DNA of 64,000 nucleotides from Candidatus Bipolaricaulota bacterium. Lineage in GTDB: Bacteria; Bipolaricaulota; Bipolaricaulia; UBA7950; UBA9294. The notes beneath the pieces are model-generated. The model was not told where the DNA came from, searched no databases, and worked only from the letters and a program-made list of their open reading frames with translations. The stretch covers positions 1,128 to 65,127 of the forward strand of contig JAPLGD010000072.1 in the NCBI GenBank assembly GCA_026390345.1, in the 5' to 3' direction. Positions 56,512-64,000 of this stretch are shown piece after piece (positions within the stretch are counted from its first letter, which is position 1; every line of letters starts with the position of its first letter). The position numbers and the translations under genes are program-made.

Positions 56512-57075
56512 ATGAGAGCGTTCTTCTCTCTGCCCGTTGACGGGGCACTTCGCATGCAGATCGGTCGAGTCGCGGAGCGGCTGCGCCGCGAGACGACCAT
56601 GCCGGCCTCGTGGGTCCGACCCGACAACTACCACGTCACGCTTCGCTTTCTCGGGGAGATCGACCCGGACCTCACCGTGCCCCTCGAGAAGGCCGCGCGC
56701 GGGATCGCCCGGGGATTCGCTCCGTTCACGCTCCGCGTCGACACGCTCGGCGCATTTCCGTCGATCGACCGCGCGAGGGTCTTGTGGGTCGGCGCGACGG
56801 CGGATCAGGCGTTTGGCGATTTTGCCGGGGCTCTCGAGCAACAGCTTCACGGGCTGGGATTCGCGCCCGAGCGCTCCGAGGCCATCGCCCACGTCACGAT
56901 GGCGCGACTCAAGGGACGCCCCGACGCCCGCCTCCCTCGCGTTTTCGAGGCGCTCGGCCCCTTCCCGCCTCACTCGCTTCGCATCGATCGTCTTGTCCTC
57001 ATGGAGAGCCGTCTCTCCCCGCACGGGCCAACGTACGATCCGCTCTTCTCCGTCCCGCTTCGCACGGAGGAGTAG
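56512..57075 (+). CDS. thpR: RNA 2',3'-cyclic phosphodiesterase (2H phosphoesterase, LigT/ThpR).
   Basis: Two H-x-T-x motifs (YHVTLRFLGE and AHVTMARLKG). 187 residues. RBS AAGGGGGAG. Confidence 0.8.
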   Translation: MRAFFSLPVDGALRMQIGRVAERLRRETTMPASWVRPDNYHVTLRFLGEIDPDLTVPLEKAARGIARGFAPFTLRVDTLGAFPSIDRARVLWVGATADQAFGDFAGALEQQLHGLGFAPERSEAIAHVTMARLKGRPDARLPRVFEALGPFPPHSLRIDRLVLMESRLSPHGPTYDPLFSVPLRTEE

Positions 57076-57085
57076 GGGAGCGCCG

Positions 57086-57508
57086 ATGCCCTTCGTCTAC
57101 CTCGATCACACCGCCGACCTGGCCATTCGAGCGTGGGGATCGAGCATCGGCGAGGCATTCGCCCAAGCGGCCCTCGCCATGTTCTCGAAGATGATCCGAA
57201 CCGACCGGGTCCGGCCCATGATCGCGCGTGAGTACACGCTCCAGGCCAACTCGCTCAGAGAGCTTCTCGTCGCGTGGTTGGCCGCGCTCCTCGTGCCGAA
57301 GGACGTTGAGGACCTCGTCTTCTCCCGCTTCGACGTCGATGTGCACACGACAGAGCTCGGGTTTGAGCTTTGCGGCCGAGCACTCGGCGAGCCGCTCGAC
57401 GCCGGGCACCACGAGCCGAGCGGCGAGGTGAAGGGGATCACCTACCTCGGTCTCGACGTCCGCGAGGAAACCGGAGTGTGGTACGCTGAGTTCGTTGCCG
57501 ACGTCTGA
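57086..57508 (+). CDS. Archease (RtcB activator/chaperone).
   Basis: N-terminus MPFVYLDHTADLAIRAWG, the archease signature. 140 residues. It is located directly upstream of rtcB. Confidence 0.85.
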   Translation: MPFVYLDHTADLAIRAWGSSIGEAFAQAALAMFSKMIRTDRVRPMIAREYTLQANSLRELLVAWLAALLVPKDVEDLVFSRFDVDVHTTELGFELCGRALGEPLDAGHHEPSGEVKGITYLGLDVREETGVWYAEFVADV

Positions 57509-57553
57509 AAGGCTCGTTGACGCCGTGTCGACGCGGAGCGACGGCGTCGTGAC

Positions 57554-59026
57554 ATGGAGGACCCGATGCGCATCTTCGACCACATGGAACGGGTGGGCGA
57601 CGTCGAGTGGGTCCTGGCCCCGCACGACGGGATGCTCGTCGCCGGGCGGATCTACGCTGACGCTGTAACCATCGATCAGCTCCGCCGCGAGGCCGACGAC
57701 CCGAAGGGCTGGAGCGCGGTTCGCCAACTGAAGAACGTGGCGAGCCTCCCCGGGATCGTCGCGCCGGCCCTTGCCCTCCCCGACGTCCACCCCGGGTACG
57801 GCTTCCCGATCGGCGGGGTCGGAGCCTTCGACTTGGACGACGGAGTCGTCGTGGTCGGAGGGGTCGGGTTCGACATCAACTGCGGGGTCCGTCTCTTGCG
57901 CACTCCCCTGCGCCGAGGCGATGTCGCGCCCGCCATCGACCGTATTGCGGCCGACCTCTACCAGGCAGTCCCTGCGGGGCTCGGATCGAAGGGCGCTCTT
58001 CGCCTCTCGATCAAGGAGATCGACCGTGTGCTCCGAGAGGGGGCTCCGTACGTCGTCCGGCTCGGAAGTGGTATCGAGAGCGACCTCGAGTACACCGAGG
58101 AGAAGGGACAAGCGGAGGGCGCGGAGCCGGATGCCGTGAGTGCCCTCGCCAAACAGCGGCAATTCCAGCAGGTGGGCACTCTCGGCTCGGGCAACCACTA
58201 CCTCGAAGTGCAGGCGGTCGACGAGATTCTCGAGCCAAGAGCGGCCCGGGCGTTCGGGCTGGCCGCCGACCAGGTGGTCGTCTCCATCCATACCGGTTCG
58301 CGCGCGCTCGGGCATCAGATCGGCCAGGACTACTTGAGGGAGATGGCGTTTGCCTCCGAGAAGTACGGCATTCGAATCCCCGACCAAGAGATGGTGTGCG
58401 CCCCGGCCCGCAGTCCGGAGGGGCAGCGATACCTCGCGGCGGTGGCCTGCGGAGCGAACTGCGCGTTCGCCAATCGCCAGGCGATCACGCACCTGGTGAG
58501 AACCTCGCTCGCGCGCAGCTGTGGAATCGACCCGGAGACGATCCAGACCGTCTACGACATCGGCCACAACCACGTTCGAATCGAGGAGCACGAGGTCGGC
58601 GGCGTCCTGCGCCGCCTGCTCGTCCACCGGAAGGGGGCGACGCGCGCGTTCGGCCCCGGCCGGGGCGACGTCCCAGCCGCCTACCGCGAGTTCGGCCACC
58701 CGACCCTCGTCGGCGGAACGATGGGAACGTCGTCGTACGTCATGCACGGAACGTCGGCCGGCATGGAACTCGCTTTCGGCAGCGGGATTCACGGGGCAGG
58801 ACGTGCGCTCTCGCGCAACCAAGCGATCAAACGGTTCCGCAGCGACGAAATCCTGTCCGACCTCACAGCGAAGGGGATTCGCCTCCTGGCGCACGACAAG
58901 CGAGGCATCGCCGAGGAGGCGCCGGGAGCCTACAAGGACGTCGACAGCGTCGTACGCGCCGCCGAGGCCGCCGGAATCAACGTCCCCGTCGCGCGGCTCC
59001 GGCCGCTGGCCGTCATCAAAGGCTAG
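57554..59026 (+). CDS. rtcB: RNA-splicing ligase RtcB (3'-phosphate/5'-hydroxyl RNA ligase).
   Basis: GFDINCGVRLL, GSGNHYLEVQ, HNHV and metal-binding His/Cys pattern. About 490 residues. An alternative start at ATG 57566 (GGAGGA upstream) is possible. Confidence 0.85.
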   Translation: MEDPMRIFDHMERVGDVEWVLAPHDGMLVAGRIYADAVTIDQLRREADDPKGWSAVRQLKNVASLPGIVAPALALPDVHPGYGFPIGGVGAFDLDDGVVVVGGVGFDINCGVRLLRTPLRRGDVAPAIDRIAADLYQAVPAGLGSKGALRLSIKEIDRVLREGAPYVVRLGSGIESDLEYTEEKGQAEGAEPDAVSALAKQRQFQQVGTLGSGNHYLEVQAVDEILEPRAARAFGLAADQVVVSIHTGSRALGHQIGQDYLREMAFASEKYGIRIPDQEMVCAPARSPEGQRYLAAVACGANCAFANRQAITHLVRTSLARSCGIDPETIQTVYDIGHNHVRIEEHEVGGVLRRLLVHRKGATRAFGPGRGDVPAAYREFGHPTLVGGTMGTSSYVMHGTSAGMELAFGSGIHGAGRALSRNQAIKRFRSDEILSDLTAKGIRLLAHDKRGIAEEAPGAYKDVDSVVRAAEAAGINVPVARLRPLAVIKG

Positions 59027-60348
59027 ATCGAGAGATCCGCGGAGTCTCCGACTGCACGGCGCGGAAACGCCTGGCTGTGGCGAACGATGGCACGCGCCAG
59101 CTTGTCCGGGTCGTGCTTGACCGTCGTCTTGCCGACCCAGTCTGCCAGCCCGATCAGATCCTCTCGCACAACGGTGAGGCCATACGGGTTCGGTGTGGGA
59201 AGGTCGTCGACGACGGGTTCCGCCTCCTCGTCGCGGTACCCGGCAAGCAGCAGATCGGTCGGACGAGCGGAGTTGACGAAGAGGAGGTCGAAGCACCGGA
59301 CGTCGACGTACGGCTCGAGCGCGCGAAGGTGGTCCGAGAGCGTGTACCCCGTCGTCTCTCCCGGCTGGGTCATCAGATTCGCGACGAGGATCTTCTCCGC
59401 CGAGGACTCCTCGATCGCCCGCGCGATGCCCTCGACGAGGAGATTCGGAATGAGGCTCGTGAAGAGGCTCCCCGGGCCGAGGATGATGAGGTCCGCGTCC
59501 GCGATTGCCTCCAGCACCTTCGCGTACGCGGGAGCGGGCGAGGGGGTGAGGAAGATCGCCTCGATCCTACGGCCGTCCGCGCCGATCGCGCTCTCTCCCT
59601 CCAGGATCCCGCCACCCTCCATCCGCGCGGCAAGCCGTGTCTTGGCGAGCGTCGCCGGCAGCACGCGCCCTCGAATGCTCAGGAACTGACTCATCGCCTC
59701 AATGGCGCGGTCGAAGCCGCCCGTCGCCTGCTCGAGACCCGCCAGGACGAGGTTCCCGAGCGAGTGTCCGGCCAGCTCTCCGGGTGAAGCGAAGCGGTGC
59801 TGGAAGTAGTCCGAGAAGTGGGACTCGTCCTCGGCCAGGGCAAGCAGGCAGTTGCGCACATCGCCGGGCGGAAGAACGTCGATCTCCTCGCGCAGTCTCC
59901 CGGAACTCCCTCCGTCGTCCATGACCGTCACGACGGCCGTGAGGTTCGCCGTCACTTGCTTGATCCCGCGGAGCAAGGTCGACAGCCCGGTGCCCCCTCC
60001 AATCGCCACGACGTGCGGCGCGCGCTCCAGGATCCGAGTGCGGTAGATGAGCTCGGACGTCTTCTCGCGGGCCCGCGGGGCCACCCCCCGCGCGACGGAC
60101 CGCACGAGGCGCACGATCGCGTAGCCGAACACGCCGAGCCCCACGACGAGGAGAACGCCCATGGCGATGTACCGCTCCGTCGCGCGAAGTGGAACTGCGT
60201 GGTAGAGCATCCGGACGAGCTCAACGCCGAGGGCGTAGAGCACGGCCGTCGCCACGACCGCCATCGAAGCGAACGCGAGCAGCACCCAGCGTTTGACTCC
60301 CATCCCGGGGTAGAGCCATCGAAAGATGCCCCGCGAGAACCAGCTCAC
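59023..60348 (-). CDS. YvcK/CofD-like (UPF0052, gluconeogenesis-factor family) protein with an N-terminal membrane-anchoring extension of about 110 residues.
   Basis: Core motif VVAIGGGTGLSTLLRGIK...VVTVMDDGGSSGRLR. The N-terminus has three hydrophobic helices. Its start overlaps the dnaE stop. Confidence 0.75.
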   Translation of the reverse strand: MSWFSRGIFRWLYPGMGVKRWVLLAFASMAVVATAVLYALGVELVRMLYHAVPLRATERYIAMGVLLVVGLGVFGYAIVRLVRSVARGVAPRAREKTSELIYRTRILERAPHVVAIGGGTGLSTLLRGIKQVTANLTAVVTVMDDGGSSGRLREEIDVLPPGDVRNCLLALAEDESHFSDYFQHRFASPGELAGHSLGNLVLAGLEQATGGFDRAIEAMSQFLSIRGRVLPATLAKTRLAARMEGGGILEGESAIGADGRRIEAIFLTPSPAPAYAKVLEAIADADLIILGPGSLFTSLIPNLLVEGIARAIEESSAEKILVANLMTQPGETTGYTLSDHLRALEPYVDVRCFDLLFVNSARPTDLLLAGYRDEEAEPVVDDLPTPNPYGLTVVREDLIGLADWVGKTTVKHDPDKLARAIVRHSQAFPRRAVGDSADLSI

Positions 60349-63300
60349 GCCGCGCCTCCCTCCGAGAGGGACACACCGAGCACCCCGGCGAGCGCCACGA
60401 GCGCCGACTGGAGAGCAGGGCTCGGGGCCACGCCGAGGGTTTCGCCGGCCGACACCTCGACGGCCCCCGTCGTGTCCGTCAGCTGGAGAACGACCGGCGT
60501 CGGCCCCGGATGGCGACTGAGGACGTCGCGCAGCTGGGCGAGGGCGATGGAATCGACGCGCGCGCCGTCAAGGACGAGCGTCATCCGTAGCGGCCGGCGG
60601 CCGGCGACCTCCTCGAGGGGGAAGAGGTCCTGCACGACGAGGTTCACCTGCCCGTTGCGCCGGCCCACCTCCACGACGGCACCGATCAGCCGATCCTCGG
60701 ACAGGAGCGCCGCGCACCCATCCAACGCCCGGGGAAAGACCGTGGCCTCCACATCGGTGACCCCGTCCTCGATCGTCACGAACGCCATCTGCTCTCCGCG
60801 TCGCGTGTCGATGCGGCGCAGGCGCTTCACCCGCCCACCGATCGTCGCCGTCTCGCCCTCCGACATCGCCATGACGTCACGGATCGAGCGGCAGTAGGTC
60901 TGGAGAAGGTCAGAGTACGCCTCGAGGGGGTGTGCCGTGACGTACAGGCCGAGGAGCTCCTTCTCGAACGCAAGCAGGTCGGCGCGGTCGAACTCCTCCT
61001 CGCGGATCGCCGGGTCGGCGCGGACCTCGTCCAGGCTGGCGAAGATCGACTGCTGCCCCGTCAGCCGCTCGCGCCGCGCCACCTGGGTCATCTCGAGGCC
61101 TTCGGGGAGGTGCCGCAGGAGGCCGCGTCGGGTCGCGCCGGGCCGGTCGAACGCCCCGGACTTGACCAACGCCTCAAGGGTCTCGCGGTCGAGGCCTTCC
61201 ACGTCGACGCGGCGGCACACGTCGAAGAACGAAGCGTACGGCCCGCTCTTGCGTGCGGCCAGGATGGCTCGGATCGCGTTCTCTCCCACGTACTTGATCG
61301 CTCCGAGGCCGAACCGGATTCGTCCCTCCCCGACCGGCGAGAACTCCCGATGGCTCTCGTTGATGTCGGGAGGCAGAACCTCGATTCCCATGTCGCGGCA
61401 CGCGCCGATGTACTCGGCAACCTTGTCGGCGTCCCCCTGCACGCTGGTGAGCAGGCTGGCCATGAAGTGCGTCGGGTGATGAGCCTTGAGGTACGCCGTC
61501 CAATACGAGATGAACGCGTACGCGGTGGCGTGCGACTTGTTGAACCCGTAGCGTGAGAACTTCTCCATGTCGTCGAACGTCGTCGCCGCCAGCTCCTGCG
61601 ACAGCCCGTGCGCCCGGCACCCGTCGATGAACTTCTCGCGGAGGCCGGCCATGATCTCCTTCTTCTTCTTCCCCATCGCCTTTCGCAGCGTGTCGGCCTG
61701 GGCGAGCGTGAAACCCGCCAGCTTCTGCGTCATCAGCATCAGCTGGTCCTGGTAGATCGGAAGCCCGAACGTCTCCTCCAGGATCCCGCGAATGCTCGGG
61801 TGAGCGTACGTGACGGCCTTCCGGCCAGAGCGGCGCTCCACGTACTCGTCCGCTATCCCGCTCTCGAGAGGGCCGGGGCGGTACAGGGCAAGCAGGGCGA
61901 TCAGGTCCTCGAACCGATTGGGCTGCACTCGGCGGATGAGGCCTGTCATTCCGGAGCCCTCCAGCTGGAAGATCCCGTCCGTGTTCCCCTCGCGCAGGAC
62001 GGCGAACGTCGCGTCGTCATCGAGGGGAATGGACTCGAGCTTGACTTCAATCCCCGCCTGCATCGACAGGGAGGCCAGCGCATCCGTGATCAAGGTCAGG
62101 TTGCGAAGGCCGAGGAAGTCGATCTTCAGAAGACCGATCGCCTCGATGTCGGTCATGTCGAACTGCGTGACGTACTCGTTCTCCGCCACGCGGAGGAGCG
62201 GCGCGTACTTCGCTAGCTCGTCGGGCGCAATCACGACGCCCGCGGCGTGCGTCGAGATGTTTCGAGTGAGGTCCTCGAGCCGCAGACCGATGTCGATGAC
62301 GCGGCGGACACTCTCGCTTTCCTCATACAGCGTTCTCAGCTCAACCACGCCGTCGACCGCGGCCTGCAGCTTCGACCCAAACGGGATGAGCTTGGCGATC
62401 CGGTCGGCTTCGCCGTACGGAAGTCCCAGGACACGTCCGACGTCGCGCACGACGCTCCGCGCGGCCATCCGGTCGTACGTCGCGATCTGGGCGATCCGCT
62501 CCCACCATCGCTCGCCCCCGTACTTCGCGCGGACGTAGTCGATGACCCGATCCCGCCCGCGGATGCAGAAATCGATGTCGAAGTCCGGCATGCTGACGCG
62601 ATCGGGGTTCAGGAACCGCTCGAAGATCAGGTTGTAGCGGAGCGGATCGACGCCGGTGATCCCGAGCGCATACGATACGAGGCTTCCCGCCGCGGATCCT
62701 CGTCCCGGCCCGACGGCGATCCCTTGGCTCTTCGAAAACCGCACGAAGTCCCAGACGATCAGGAAGTACGTGCTGTACGACATCTTCGCGATGACGCCAA
62801 GTTCGTACTCGAGACGGTCTCGGACCACCGGGGTAATCTCGCCGTACCGCTCGCCCGCGCCGGCGTACGCCAGATCCCGCAGGTAGGCATCCGTGTCGGT
62901 GGCTCCGTCCGGAAGGGGAAACGGAGGAATCAAGATGCGGTTGAAGTCAAGCTCCACCCGGCAGCGCTCCGCGATCGCGCGGGTGTTGTCGATGGCTTCC
63001 GGCACGTCGGCAAACAGCTTCTCCATCTCCTCGCTGCTCCGGAAGTGGTAGCCGTCGCCGTCGAACGTCCGGTGCTCCGGGTCGGAGAGCGTCCGGTTGG
63101 CCCGGATGTTGATGAGCACCTCGTGGGCCAGCTTGTCGTCCGGATCGAGGTAGTGAACGTCGCTTGTCGCGACGAGCGGCAGGTTCAGTCGGCGGGCGAG
63201 GTCGATCAGACGACGACGGAGCTGCGCGTCGCGCTCCGTGCCGTGGTTCTGGATCTCGATGTAGAAGCGATCCGGCCCGAAGAGCTTTGCGTACGCCGAG

Positions 63301-63788
63301 GCAACCTGATCCGCTTCGCGCTCTTTCCCGGCAGAGAGCAGCCGCGGGATCTCGCCCGACTCGCACGCCGACAGGGCGATCAGGCCCTCGGCATGGGCTG
63401 CCAGGAGCTCCTTGTCCGCGCGGGGTCGGTAGTAGAAGCCTTCGGTGTGCGCCGCGCTCACGATCTGCACAAGGTTGCGGAACCCTACGTCGTTCTCGGC
63501 GAGCAGAACGAGGTGGAAGTACCGGCCGCCCTCACCCCCGGTGCGGTCGCGGCGGTCGCCGGGGGCCACGTAGACCTCGCAGCCGAGCACGGGGTGAACC
63601 CCGCGGTCCTTGGCCTCCCGGTAGAACTTCACGGCTCCACTCAGCACGCCGTGGTCGGTGAGCGCGAGCGCGCCCATGCCGCTCGTGGAGGCCCGCTCGA
63701 TCAGGTCGGGAAGGCGACACGACGAGTCGAGTACGCTGTACTCGGAGTGCACGTGGAGATGGACGAATCGGCTCGGCAACGGGCTCAC
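60345..63788 (-). CDS. dnaE: DNA polymerase III alpha subunit.
   Basis: PHP domain N-terminus FVHLHVHSEYSVLDS. 1147 residues. Polymerase core motifs (GRGSAAGSLVSYALGIT, PDFDIDF). Confidence 0.95.
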   Translation of the reverse strand: MSPLPSRFVHLHVHSEYSVLDSSCRLPDLIERASTSGMGALALTDHGVLSGAVKFYREAKDRGVHPVLGCEVYVAPGDRRDRTGGEGGRYFHLVLLAENDVGFRNLVQIVSAAHTEGFYYRPRADKELLAAHAEGLIALSACESGEIPRLLSAGKEREADQVASAYAKLFGPDRFYIEIQNHGTERDAQLRRRLIDLARRLNLPLVATSDVHYLDPDDKLAHEVLINIRANRTLSDPEHRTFDGDGYHFRSSEEMEKLFADVPEAIDNTRAIAERCRVELDFNRILIPPFPLPDGATDTDAYLRDLAYAGAGERYGEITPVVRDRLEYELGVIAKMSYSTYFLIVWDFVRFSKSQGIAVGPGRGSAAGSLVSYALGITGVDPLRYNLIFERFLNPDRVSMPDFDIDFCIRGRDRVIDYVRAKYGGERWWERIAQIATYDRMAARSVVRDVGRVLGLPYGEADRIAKLIPFGSKLQAAVDGVVELRTLYEESESVRRVIDIGLRLEDLTRNISTHAAGVVIAPDELAKYAPLLRVAENEYVTQFDMTDIEAIGLLKIDFLGLRNLTLITDALASLSMQAGIEVKLESIPLDDDATFAVLREGNTDGIFQLEGSGMTGLIRRVQPNRFEDLIALLALYRPGPLESGIADEYVERRSGRKAVTYAHPSIRGILEETFGLPIYQDQLMLMTQKLAGFTLAQADTLRKAMGKKKKEIMAGLREKFIDGCRAHGLSQELAATTFDDMEKFSRYGFNKSHATAYAFISYWTAYLKAHHPTHFMASLLTSVQGDADKVAEYIGACRDMGIEVLPPDINESHREFSPVGEGRIRFGLGAIKYVGENAIRAILAARKSGPYASFFDVCRRVDVEGLDRETLEALVKSGAFDRPGATRRGLLRHLPEGLEMTQVARRERLTGQQSIFASLDEVRADPAIREEEFDRADLLAFEKELLGLYVTAHPLEAYSDLLQTYCRSIRDVMAMSEGETATIGGRVKRLRRIDTRRGEQMAFVTIEDGVTDVEATVFPRALDGCAALLSEDRLIGAVVEVGRRNGQVNLVVQDLFPLEEVAGRRPLRMTLVLDGARVDSIALAQLRDVLSRHPGPTPVVLQLTDTTGAVEVSAGETLGVAPSPALQSALVALAGVLGVSLSEGGAA

Positions 63789-64000
63789 TCCCCCACGAAG
63801 ATCACTTTTTCCTCACCCGGCTTGATGAGACCCAGCTCCTCCCGCGCTTTGTCCTCCAGCACTTTCGCGCTGGAGGCCGACGCCAACTCGGCCCGTAGCC
63901 GCTTCTGCTCCGCGGTCGCCTCTACGGTGGCCTTCTCGAGGCGAACAAGGTCGTGCCGCAGATGGAGGATACCGAGCCCACGACTGAGGAAGGTCCCGAG
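63785..64000 (-). CDS. Septum formation initiator family protein (FtsB/DivIC-like). Only the C-terminal part is present because the 5' end lies beyond the window edge.
   Basis: The reverse-strand translation ends ...LEDKAREELGLIKPGEEKVIFVGE. Its stop overlaps the dnaE GTG (GTGA). Confidence 0.5.
   Translation of the reverse strand, partial: LGTFLSRGLGILHLRHDLVRLEKATVEATAEQKRLRAELASASSAKVLEDKAREELGLIKPGEEKVIFVGE

Noticed and set aside
56401-57024. A 208-codon N-terminal extension of the giant caspase-PKD protein ORF.
   Set aside because: It runs antisense to thpR and has no signal peptide. The genuine start (MRAVFRVGACAVFLL signal peptide) is at 56400.
1-64000. Search for CRISPR arrays, tRNA/rRNA genes, IS elements, integrases and phage genes.
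   Set aside because: I saw no repeat-spacer periodicity, no cloverleaf-like conserved tRNA motifs in the short intergenic regions, and no transposase or integrase-like ORFs. GC content is uniform, so there is no compositional evidence of recent horizontal transfer.

Overview
This is a 64 kb, uniformly high-GC (about 68%) bacterial chromosomal segment. I did not try to assign a lineage. Genes are densely packed, Shine-Dalgarno sites resemble GGAGG, and start/stop overlaps of the ATGA/GTGA type are frequent. I saw no rRNA, tRNA, CRISPR array, transposase or integrase. I support about 51 protein-coding genes, arranged in six blocks.

1. 1-2.9 kb: the 3' end of a family-5 peptide ABC binding-protein gene plus two permease genes. 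No ATPase genes follow.
2. 3.0-12.2 kb: a translationally coupled six-gene operon. It encodes a secreted/membrane protein, a polytopic membrane protein, a membrane protein with a long acidic disordered linker, a MoxR-family AAA+ ATPase, and two BatA-like/von Willebrand A proteins. No DUF58 partner is present.
3. 12.4-44.1 kb: a large island that I read as anaerobic utilisation of collagen-type proline/hydroxyproline peptides. It has two complete Dpp/Opp-like peptide ABC transporters, three M24 Xaa-Pro peptidases, two proline-racemase-family enzymes (one Cys/Cys epimerase type, one Cys/Thr trans-3-hydroxy-L-proline dehydratase type), an ornithine-cyclodeaminase-family reductase, and two paralogous XRE-HTH/cupin regulators with leaderless promoters and GTGAAC/GTTCAC operators. 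Most unusually, a HypD-like glycyl radical enzyme and its radical-SAM activase lie directly in operon with one of two hydantoinase/oxoprolinase HyuA-HyuB pairs.
4. 44.3-51 kb: housekeeping genes. These are a flavin reductase, glnS, pyrK-pyrD-pyrF-pyrE, an unknown 177-residue protein, and dcd.
5. 51.1-56.4 kb: a PDZ-domain secreted protein convergent with a 1439-residue secreted protein. The large protein has a beta-helix, four PKD domains and a caspase (C14) domain.
6. 56.5-64 kb: thpR-archease-rtcB RNA repair genes, a membrane-anchored YvcK/CofD-like protein, dnaE, and a partial ftsB-like gene.

The strongest candidate for an undescribed system is the glycyl-radical-enzyme/activase/HyuB/HyuA operon inside the hydroxyproline island. 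The DUF58-less MoxR-VWA envelope operon and the secreted caspase-PKD giant protein come next.
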